Source: an uncultured Bacteriovoracaceae bacterium (GTDB taxonomy: Bacteria; Bdellovibrionota; UBA2428). Taken from it: a DNA stretch of 64,000 nucleotides. The translations under genes were made by a program, and so were the position numbers. Of this stretch, positions 56,930-64,000 are shown piece after piece (the first letter of the stretch is position 1; every line of letters begins with the position of its first letter). The notes under the pieces are model-generated. The model searched no databases. It had not been told where the DNA came from and saw only the letters and a list, made by a program, of their open reading frames with translations. The DNA lies in contig CALFZE010000124.1 of the NCBI GenBank assembly GCA_937952285.1, positions 36,649 through 100,648 of the forward strand. The letters are read 5' to 3'.

Positions 56930-57352
56930 ATGTCATCCGTCAACCGTGTTCTGATCTGTGGGACCTTGGGCCACGACGTCGATCTGAAGACGACTCGTAA
57001 CGGGCGGCCTTTCTGTCGCATGAGTCTCGCGACGAACGGCCCCGCGAAAGACGCCGAAGGAAAGCGGCGAACTTACTGGCACAGCGTGCACGTCTTCGGT
57101 CCCCAGGCCGAATCGATGATCGCGCAGGCCCGTAAAGGATCGCAAATCTGGGTGGAGGGACGCTTGGAGACTTTCTCGCAAGAAGTCGAGAATGGACCGA
57201 AGGTCTGGAAGACTTGCGTCACGGCCGAAAGGATCAATGTGCTGTCCCGCTCGAGTTCCGACGCAACGCCCTCCGACGCGTCGATCGCCGAGGAGGCCCG
57301 CTTTCTGAAGGCGACCGACGCCGAGGCGATGGAGGACGTGATTCTGCACTAG
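56930..57352 (+). CDS. ssb: Single-stranded DNA-binding protein-like (OB fold), non-canonical C-terminal tail
   Basis: VNRVLICGTLGHDVDLKTTRNG and KGSQIWVEGRL align with the E. coli SSB core. Ends AMEDVILH instead of the acidic DDDIPF-type tail. Confidence 0.7.
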   Translation: MSSVNRVLICGTLGHDVDLKTTRNGRPFCRMSLATNGPAKDAEGKRRTYWHSVHVFGPQAESMIAQARKGSQIWVEGRLETFSQEVENGPKVWKTCVTAERINVLSRSSSDATPSDASIAEEARFLKATDAEAMEDVILH

Positions 57353-57368
57353 GGCCCAAAAGGAAAAC

Positions 57369-57394
57369 GGGCGCTTCCCCAAAGGGAAGCGCCC
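57369..57394. terminator. Bidirectional hairpin between convergent ssb-like and lon genes (mainly a lon terminator)
   Basis: GGGCGCTTCCCC-AAA-GGGAAGCGCCC 11-bp stem. On the minus strand it is followed by a T-rich tract GTTTTCCTTTT. Confidence 0.6.
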
Positions 57395-57419
57395 GTCCTT
57401 CGTGGGTTGGGTAACTCGC

Positions 57420-59885
57420 TTAGGCCGCGTCTTCGATTCGACGGACCTTGCTGCGGCTTGCGGCCGCCGAAGGTTCCTTGCTCGAGCTGGCACCGCTGCG
57501 ACCCGTCTCGCCGCCGCGGCGACGGAAGGGAGAGCGGGCGAGAGCGACGTCGAGGACTTCGCTCACGTTCTTCACCGGCACGAAGCGAAGTTGCTTCTTG
57601 TACTCGTCGGGGATCTCGACGAGATCCTTTTCGTTGCGGTACGGGATCACGACCGTCGAGATTCCGTGGCGCATCGCCGCGAGGGCCTTCTCTTTGAGGC
57701 CACCGATCGGCAACACCTTGCCGAGGATGCTCACTTCGCCCGTCATCGCGACGTCCTTCGAGACCGGGATTCCCGTCAGCAAGCTCACGATACCCGTGGT
57801 GATCGTGATACCGGCCGAGGGACCGTCCTTCGGAACCGCGCCCGAGGGGAAGTGGATATGGATCTCGTTCTTGGTGAACCAAGCGTCATCGACGCCGAGT
57901 TCCTTGGCGTGGGCGCGGATCCAGCTCATGGCCGCGTGGCAAGATTCCTTCATCACGTCGCCGAGGCTACCCGTGGTCATCACGCCGCCGCGACCCTTCA
58001 TCGAAGTCACTTCGACTTCGAGGACCTCGCCGCCGTTCTGCGTCCAAGCGAGGCCGGTCACGCAACCGACTTCGTCCTTTTCGCGGGCGTCGGTCGGGAG
58101 GTAGCGCGGGGGTCCCAAGAAGCGCTCGACCGCCGCGTCGTTCACTTCGATCTTGGGGAAAGGCGCGGTGCCGTCCCACGTTGCGACTTCCTTCGCGACC
58201 TTGCGGGCGCAGGTGCCGATGAGGCGTTCGAAGTTACGCAGACCGGCTTCGCGGGTGTACTGCGAGATGATCTTGCGCAGTCCCGGCTCGACGAAGTCGA
58301 TGGCATCCATCGTGATACCGTTCTCTTCGACTTGCTTGCGAATGATATAGCGGTTCGCGATCTTGAGCTTGTCTTCCTCGCTGTAGCCGGCGAGCTGAAG
58401 AACTTCCATCCGGTCGCGGAGCGGGGCCGGGATGGCTTCGAGCACGTTGGCCGTCGCGATGAACATGACGTTCGACAAGTCGAAGGGCATGTTCAGGTAG
58501 TGGTCGCGGAAGCTGTGGTTCTGCTCGGGGTCGAGGACCTCGAGGAGCGCCGACGAGGGGTCGCCCTTGTAGTCCTGGCCGAGTTTGTCGATCTCATCGA
58601 GCATGATGACCGGGTTGTTCGTGCCGGCTTGCTTGAGCGCTTGGATCAAGCGGCCCGGGAGCGCGCCGACGTAGGTTCGGCGGTGACCGCGGATTTCGGC
58701 TTCGTCATGGACGCCGCCCAGGGAGATCCGCACGAATTGGCGGCCCATGGAGCGGGCGATCGACTTGCCGAGCGAGGTCTTGCCGACGCCCGGAGGACCC
58801 GAGAGGCAGAGGATCGGTCCGCGGTTCGAACGCTTGAGCTTGCGCACGGCGAGGAACTCGAGGATGCGGTCCTTGACCTTCTCGAGGTCGAAATGGTCTT
58901 CGTCGAGGATCTTCTTGGCTTCGACGAGGTCGAGCTTGTCCGTCGAGGCCTTCGCCCACGGCAAGTCGCAGAGCCAATCGAGGTAGGTGCGCACGATCGT
59001 CGCTTCGGAAGCGTCGGGGTGCATGCGCTCCAGGCGGCCGAGTTGCTTGACGGCTTCGGCGCGGATTTCGTCGGTCATCGGCGCGTTCTCGACGCGGTTG
59101 CGGAGTTCGTTGATCTCGTCCGCGCGCGGGTCGTTCTCGCCGAGCTCGTTCTTGATGGCGCGCATCTGTTCGCGCAGGAACTGCTCGCGTTGGTTGCGGC
59201 CCGCGTCTTCGCGCGATTGGCCCTTCACCTTCTGCTGCATCTGGAGGATTTCGAGTTCCTTCGCGAGGATCTCGCGGACCTTCATGAGACGCTCGGAGGG
59301 ATCGAGGGTCTCGAGGATTTCTTGCGATTCGCTGACCTTGAGACCGAGGTTCGAAGTCACGAGGTCGGCGAGACGACCCGGATCCGAGATCTCTTCGACG
59401 ACCATCAGGATGTCGGGCGAGAGCATCTTGCCGAGGTTGATGACCTTCTCGAGCTGTTCCTTGACGGCCTTCATCTGCTGCTCGTCTTCGGCCTTGCGCT
59501 CCGGACGCACCGTCTCTTCGATGCGGGCGATCTTGACCGTGTAGAACGGCGCGCTGCTCTCGTACTGGGTGATCGACGCTTTCGCGATACCCTGCGCGAG
59601 AATCTTAATACGACCGTCGGGAAGCTTGCGCATCCGCATGATCATGGCGACGGTGCCGATGCCGAAGATACCTTCGGGCGCCGGATTGTCTTCGCCGATC
59701 TCTTTCTGGCTCGACAAGAAGATGAGACGATCGCGCCCGAGGGCTTCGTTCACCGCCTTGATCGACGATTCGCGCCCTACGAAGAGCGGCAAGATCATGA
59801 AGGGAAATACGACGACATCCCGAACCGGAAGCATGGGCAGGGTATCGGGGATGATGATGTCATCGGCGTCTCGGGTCAGCGACAT
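57420..59885 (-). CDS. lon: ATP-dependent protease Lon (La)
   Basis: N-terminal LON domain, GPPGVGKTS Walker A, PKDGPSAGIT catalytic-Ser motif. 821 aa. Confidence 0.95.
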   Translation of the reverse strand: MSLTRDADDIIIPDTLPMLPVRDVVVFPFMILPLFVGRESSIKAVNEALGRDRLIFLSSQKEIGEDNPAPEGIFGIGTVAMIMRMRKLPDGRIKILAQGIAKASITQYESSAPFYTVKIARIEETVRPERKAEDEQQMKAVKEQLEKVINLGKMLSPDILMVVEEISDPGRLADLVTSNLGLKVSESQEILETLDPSERLMKVREILAKELEILQMQQKVKGQSREDAGRNQREQFLREQMRAIKNELGENDPRADEINELRNRVENAPMTDEIRAEAVKQLGRLERMHPDASEATIVRTYLDWLCDLPWAKASTDKLDLVEAKKILDEDHFDLEKVKDRILEFLAVRKLKRSNRGPILCLSGPPGVGKTSLGKSIARSMGRQFVRISLGGVHDEAEIRGHRRTYVGALPGRLIQALKQAGTNNPVIMLDEIDKLGQDYKGDPSSALLEVLDPEQNHSFRDHYLNMPFDLSNVMFIATANVLEAIPAPLRDRMEVLQLAGYSEEDKLKIANRYIIRKQVEENGITMDAIDFVEPGLRKIISQYTREAGLRNFERLIGTCARKVAKEVATWDGTAPFPKIEVNDAAVERFLGPPRYLPTDAREKDEVGCVTGLAWTQNGGEVLEVEVTSMKGRGGVMTTGSLGDVMKESCHAAMSWIRAHAKELGVDDAWFTKNEIHIHFPSGAVPKDGPSAGITITTGIVSLLTGIPVSKDVAMTGEVSILGKVLPIGGLKEKALAAMRHGISTVVIPYRNEKDLVEIPDEYKKQLRFVPVKNVSEVLDVALARSPFRRRGGETGRSGASSSKEPSAAASRSKVRRIEDAA

Positions 59886-59996
59886 GGAGCCTCCTCGCAG
59901 TTGCTCATTCCATGAACCCGATCTTTTTCGGGCTCATAAATTGGCTTCGGCGGAGCGAGACGAGTTCTTGAGCCGGAACCGGTGAAGATCTTTTGA

Positions 59997-61913
59997 CTAG
60001 TTGTCGCGGCGCTTAATCTGAATGCCGTTCAGGTGGTGGAAGGCGCCCTTGCGAACTTCGAAAAGCTGCAGTTCCGAGAGAACTTCGCGCCCGGAGTCCC
60101 AGCGGTGTTGCCCGAGAACGCCCTCAAAAGTGCCGAGGCCCTCGAGACGCGTCCGGAGCTCGTCCCGCGAGGCGGGCGAACTTTCGTTTCCGTAGGCCAA
60201 GCGCAAGGCCGTCCCGACGTCGTAGCCGAGAGCGTTCAAAGAATTCGGTAAAGTTCCGCGTTTTGACTGGAAGAGATTCAAGAAATCCTTAGACGCTTTC
60301 GAATTGCGCTCCGCGGCAAACATGTCCACAAAAAGAGCCCCATCCAAGTACTGTCCGGCGCGCTCCAGGAGGCGGTTCGACTTCCAGGTATTCGGCCCCA
60401 AAAGCTTGGGCGTCGTCACGTTGGAATAAAGGAGGGTCGGCACGATCTGCCCCAGGGCCCGGAAGGAGTCCGGAATGAAAACGACGTCAAAGTCGACGAT
60501 GGGGCCCGGTTTGGCCGACTCGAGCTCACGCTTCGTGGCCTTGCGGGTGCCGGCCAGACGCTCGTCGAGCTTCTTGCGAAGTTCTTCGGCTTCTTTCGAA
60601 CGCCAGTTCGGGAATCCCGTTCCGGTCATGTTCTCGACCGGAATCTTGAAGTCGGCTTGCGAAGGCGCGTAACTCTCGGCCGCGGTGACTTCGGCGCCGT
60701 ATTCTTGAACGATGCGAAAATACTCCGTCGCGAACTCGCGACCGAAGGCGTCTTCCGGAAAGAGGATCGCGAAACGGCGCGCCCCGAGACGATCGTAGGA
60801 ATAACCGACCAGAGCGCGAACCTGACGTTCCGGCGTCAGGCCTACGCGGAAGACCGACGAGCCTTTCTCGAGAATCCCGCGCCGCGGAGAAAGCGAGATA
60901 TTCGGCACGCCCAACTGGCCGGCACGCTCGGCCACCAGCTCGGCTTGGTCGCCCGAAACGGGGCCGACGACGAGCATGACGCGTTCGTCGAAGAGCAGAC
61001 GTTCCAAGCCCTGCAGCGCACTTTCCTTGGTGTCCCCGGCATCGGCCGCCACGATCTCGATCGGATCCTTGGACATCTCCCCGATCGCGAGTTCAAGGCC
61101 CATGCGAATCGCGCGACCCGCCGACTCCTGCGGGCCCGACAAGGGCAGCAAGAGACCCACTTTGCGCGGCATCGCCGTCTCGAGCGAGCCCAGTCGGTTC
61201 GCGAGCTGTTCGGCCTTCGTGTAATCCGGCGTTCCGGGACGGGCGATCGCCTTGAGCTGAGCGAGAACCTGCTCGGCCTCGACTTTTTGGCCACGCGAAA
61301 TTCGCAGGGTCGCCAAACGATAGAGGACTTTGTTCGCCGGGAACTGCGTCGGGTACTCCTTCGCGAGGAACGAAAGGTCCGCTTCGCTCATCTGGACGTC
61401 GATCATTTCGGAGAGCTTCGATTCGATCGCACGCTGGGCCGCGGCGTCGGTGAGCTCCGCGCGGGCTTTGAGCATCGCGAGGGCCGACTCCAGCCAACGG
61501 CGCTCTTCGCCCGCGACGCGCGCCCAGAACGAGAAGAAGTCGGCGCGCATCGGACCGGGGATTTCGCGGGCCGAAACCTTGGCCAGCGTATCGAGCGCGA
61601 CCTTCGGTTTACCCAGCGAATAGTTCGCGCGGGCCGTCAAAAGAATGGCCTCGCCACGGGCCGCCGATTCTTGGGACTGCGAGCGGATCGCGCTCAAGCT
61701 CGAGATAACGTCGGCGTATTCCGCGCGATCGAATTTTTCGCGGGCAAGCTTAAGCGTAGCGCCGGGGTCCTGGGCCTGTTGCATCGGAGCGGGCGCTTGG
61801 GCCTGGCCGAACGCCATGGGGACGCCCAGGATCGCGGATCCCAACACGAAGGAACGAGACAACAGCACTCCGAGACTAAGCATGAGCGCAAGACTACCAT
61901 CGTGGCCTAGCAA
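59997..61913 (-). CDS. lpoA: LpoA-like protein (TPR N-domain plus periplasmic-binding-protein type I-like C-domain), no lipobox Cys
   Basis: Signal peptide with SPI site AFGQA. TPR-like helices. The VGLLLPLSGPQESAGRAIRMG block is typical of the LpoA/LppC (COG3107) C-domain. 638 aa. Confidence 0.6.
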   Translation of the reverse strand: MLGHDGSLALMLSLGVLLSRSFVLGSAILGVPMAFGQAQAPAPMQQAQDPGATLKLAREKFDRAEYADVISSLSAIRSQSQESAARGEAILLTARANYSLGKPKVALDTLAKVSAREIPGPMRADFFSFWARVAGEERRWLESALAMLKARAELTDAAAQRAIESKLSEMIDVQMSEADLSFLAKEYPTQFPANKVLYRLATLRISRGQKVEAEQVLAQLKAIARPGTPDYTKAEQLANRLGSLETAMPRKVGLLLPLSGPQESAGRAIRMGLELAIGEMSKDPIEIVAADAGDTKESALQGLERLLFDERVMLVVGPVSGDQAELVAERAGQLGVPNISLSPRRGILEKGSSVFRVGLTPERQVRALVGYSYDRLGARRFAILFPEDAFGREFATEYFRIVQEYGAEVTAAESYAPSQADFKIPVENMTGTGFPNWRSKEAEELRKKLDERLAGTRKATKRELESAKPGPIVDFDVVFIPDSFRALGQIVPTLLYSNVTTPKLLGPNTWKSNRLLERAGQYLDGALFVDMFAAERNSKASKDFLNLFQSKRGTLPNSLNALGYDVGTALRLAYGNESSPASRDELRTRLEGLGTFEGVLGQHRWDSGREVLSELQLFEVRKGAFHHLNGIQIKRRDN

Positions 61914-62151
61914 CCGAAAGCACGACTGTCGGCACCCGCGTATCGAGCGCGCCTAAGCATCGGTAGGACTTATCTAAAGCACCGCCTCAAGTAGGTAAAC
62001 GCGCTCATGCGATCCTGGCTCGCCGAGCCAAAACAAAGCACGAGGAATGCACCTGCGCCGCACGGACTCGGCTTCGTAAGGGACCTGGACGAGTCGAACT
62101 TTTTCAAAAATCCGTCACCGATAGAGGAGAATTCCGCTATCTTCGAGTTCC

Positions 62152-63120
62152 ATGAATGACATGCGTCGACGCGGCTTTTCTCTCGTTACCGTGTTGGTGA
62201 GCAGCGCCCTCTTGGGGACGTTGGCCCTCGTATTTACGTCGATGATGAGGAGCACGCAAAAGGGGCAGACGAGCGTTCGTAATGCCGCCGATTTCGAGAC
62301 GTTGAAATCGACGGTCGCCATGATCTTGGGCAACCGAGCGAAGTGCGCGACCGCCTTTTGGAACTCGGCGGGGACGGCCGCGGCAAAGTATTCACCGACG
62401 GGCACGGTTTCCGCGACGGAGTCCTTCGGGTCTTTGCGACTCGGTTCATCGACGGTCGCGGCCGCTGGACTAGATCTGGGCGCGGGACTCACCTTGACGG
62501 GGCTTAGCTTGGAGCCGGTCGCGGGAATCGCTCCCGATACGACTTCGATCCCGGGGCACGTCGTACACTCGGTGGCTTTGACCCTGGAAGCGGCCAAGTC
62601 GCAGGACTCCATTGGCGCCAAGACACTGTCGAACGCCTCCAATCCTTTTCGCTTCGAGATTGTCACCGACTCCTCCGAGTTTGTGGTGGACTGTCGGGGA
62701 GCCGCTAATTCCACAGCCGTGGTCACGGCAAGCGCCGCTCGCGTTCGTTTCACGGGAATCTACGCGTCGAAGAAAGTCGACTTTATGACGAAGGCCGCGT
62801 ACCCCATGACGCTCGCACCCGGTGTTTCGAATCCGGTCGCGACGTGGGCCAGTTCCACGGAATTGTATGTGCTTTCAGCGCCGCCCGGATCCTCGACTTC
62901 GTCGGAGGTCAGAGCTCCCTTCGTTGAGATACCCGCGTTTTCTTGGGATGGTTCGAGTTTCTACGGAATCGGCTGCAATGGCGCCACCGGATGGACTTTG
63001 AGTGGATGCATGCTCTCGGTGAGCGGAGCTCAAGAGAATAATCTCACCGTACCGAACGGCTGTATATCGAACACCTGGGCCGACATGACAATCTTGGGCA
63101 TCGTCTGCGTCCGTCGCTAG
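62152..63120 (+). CDS. Large prepilin-like protein, paralog of 7472..8512
   Basis: MNDMRRRGFSLVTVLVSSALLGTLALVFTSMMRSTQKGQTS. No Glu+5. Cys- and Gly-rich C-terminus. A CCGATAG motif lies about 30 nt upstream. Confidence 0.5.
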   Translation: MNDMRRRGFSLVTVLVSSALLGTLALVFTSMMRSTQKGQTSVRNAADFETLKSTVAMILGNRAKCATAFWNSAGTAAAKYSPTGTVSATESFGSLRLGSSTVAAAGLDLGAGLTLTGLSLEPVAGIAPDTTSIPGHVVHSVALTLEAAKSQDSIGAKTLSNASNPFRFEIVTDSSEFVVDCRGAANSTAVVTASAARVRFTGIYASKKVDFMTKAAYPMTLAPGVSNPVATWASSTELYVLSAPPGSSTSSEVRAPFVEIPAFSWDGSSFYGIGCNGATGWTLSGCMLSVSGAQENNLTVPNGCISNTWADMTILGIVCVRR

Positions 63121-63147
63121 CCTAGCCAAAGAAAGTTTCGACCAAAT

Positions 63148-64000
63148 CTAGAACCAGTCCTTCATTTTCTTGAGGAAGGATTGGCTCTCGGGAAAGCTTT
63201 CTCCGCCGATCGCGGCGAAGCGCTCCAAAAGCTGGCGTTGTTCGCTCGTTAACTTGGACGGAACCTCGACCTGGATCATGACGTACTGATCCCCACGGTC
63301 GCGACCGCCGAGTTGCGCGATACCCTTCGCCTTCAAACGGAAGCGCTTGTTCGACTGGGTGCCGGCTGGAATCTTGAGCTTCACCGTGCCACCGAGCGTC
63401 GGAACGTCGATCTCGGTCCCGAGCGCCGCCTGCGGAAAAGAGATCGGAACGGAGCAATGCACGTCCACGCCATCGCGGCGGAAAAAGGGATGCTCGTCGA
63501 CTTCGATGACGACGTAGAGATCGCCCGACGGCGCGCCCATCGTGCCCGCTTCGCCTTCGCCGCGTAGCTTGAGCCGCTGCCCCGAATCGATACCCGCCGG
63601 AACCTTGACCTGAAGGCGAGTCGTTTCGGTCTTGCGGCCCGAACCGCGGCAATCGCCGCACTTGCTCTTGATGATCTGGCCGCTGCCCGAACAATCCGGG
63701 CACGTCTTGGAGAGGGTGAAGAAACCTTGCTGAAAGCGAATCTCGCCCGCGCCACGGCAGGTGCCACAGGTTTCCGCCGAAGTGCCCGGACGAGCGCCCG
63801 TGCCTGAACAAGTCTTGCAGGCCGTCTCGCGCGGAACCTGGATCGTTTTCTCGACGCCGAAAGCGGCTTCTTCGAAGGACACCGAAAGATTGTAACGAAG
63901 ATCGGCGCCCCGCTGGCCACGCACCCCACCCCGGCCGCCGCGACCACCCGGGCCACCGGCGCCGAAGACTTCCGAGAAGATGTCGCCGAAAAGATCGTTC
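63148..64000 (-). CDS. dnaJ: Chaperone DnaJ, N-terminal J-domain beyond window edge
   Basis: Four CxxCxGxG zinc-finger repeats (CKTCSGTG, CGTCRGAG, CPDCSGSG, CGDCRGSG) and the C-terminal substrate-binding domain. The frame continues past 64000 (…DIFSEVFGAGGPGG…). Confidence 0.85.
   Translation of the reverse strand, partial: NDLFGDIFSEVFGAGGPGGRGGRGGVRGQRGADLRYNLSVSFEEAAFGVEKTIQVPRETACKTCSGTGARPGTSAETCGTCRGAGEIRFQQGFFTLSKTCPDCSGSGQIIKSKCGDCRGSGRKTETTRLQVKVPAGIDSGQRLKLRGEGEAGTMGAPSGDLYVVIEVDEHPFFRRDGVDVHCSVPISFPQAALGTEIDVPTLGGTVKLKIPAGTQSNKRFRLKAKGIAQLGGRDRGDQYVMIQVEVPSKLTSEQRQLLERFAAIGGESFPESQSFLKKMKDWF

Noticed and set aside
57402-59915. 837-aa ORF on the plus strand
   Set aside because: Antisense shadow of the lon gene.
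59886-59996. Sigma-32 heat-shock promoter upstream of lon
   Set aside because: No CTTGAAA-N13-15-CCCCAT pattern was identified on the minus strand. Only a short hairpin (CCCGA-loop-TCGGG) is present.

Overview
This is a 64-kb window of high-GC (about 68%) DNA from a flagellated Gram-negative bacterium. The lineage cannot be fixed from sequence alone: short ~277-aa multi-copy flagellins, Flp/TadE pilins and LpoA/LpoB-type lipoproteins point to a proteobacterial, possibly Bdellovibrio-like or delta-type organism. The window is densely packed with chromosomal housekeeping genes. I found no tRNA, rRNA, IS element, integrase or CRISPR array.

Gene order from left to right:
- 1..4766 (- strand): an edge-truncated GshA-like ligase gene, a translationally coupled pair of ArsA/GET3-type ATPases, an alpha/beta hydrolase, and the Mrp/ApbC Fe-S carrier ATPase.
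- 4857..7475: LpoB plus a partner lipoprotein, then a HAD phosphatase.
- 7472..8512 (-): a large prepilin-like protein.
- 8553..13202 (-): a truncated dcw cluster, murE-ftsI-ftsL-rsmH. There is no mraZ upstream and no murF downstream.
- 13203..17173: three flagellin genes. Two are tandem paralogs with long conserved leaders; each gene has a sigma-28-type promoter candidate and a rho-independent terminator.
- 17359..22551: a small operon (HTH regulator plus lipoprotein), an OMP beta-barrel protein, and a 988-aa HExxH / beta-propeller / beta-barrel protein.
- 22554..26683: a signalling cluster of a pseudo-receiver, a multi-TM histidine kinase, an NtrC-type sigma-54 regulator and a CBS protein.
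- 26748..28600: asparaginase and inositol monophosphatase.
- 28985..33283: OMP and Lpt-like genes, plus the peroxiredoxin Bcp.
- 33273..42093 (-): recG and greA, then the pyrimidine cluster pyrB-carA-orf-carB in Pseudomonas-like arrangement.
- 42214..46432: lepA with an upstream ribbon-helix-helix gene, plus CsgG-like and lipoprotein genes.
- 46538..51798: a bare sigma-54 activator AAA+ core beside a satellite Flp-pilin/TadE mini-operon that ends in a collagen-like lipoprotein.
- 51803..57352: recO, an LPS/glycan-modification-like cluster (UPF0104 membrane protein, UDP-xylose synthase-like, two GT2), and an SSB-like gene.
- 57420..64000: lon, an LpoA-like gene, a second prepilin-like paralog, and dnaJ (truncated at the window edge).

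Many long Arg/Ala-rich ORFs in the six-frame track are antisense artefacts of the high GC content and were rejected. Coordinates I derived by hand, including the sigma-28 motif positions and terminator stems, may be off by 1-3 nt.
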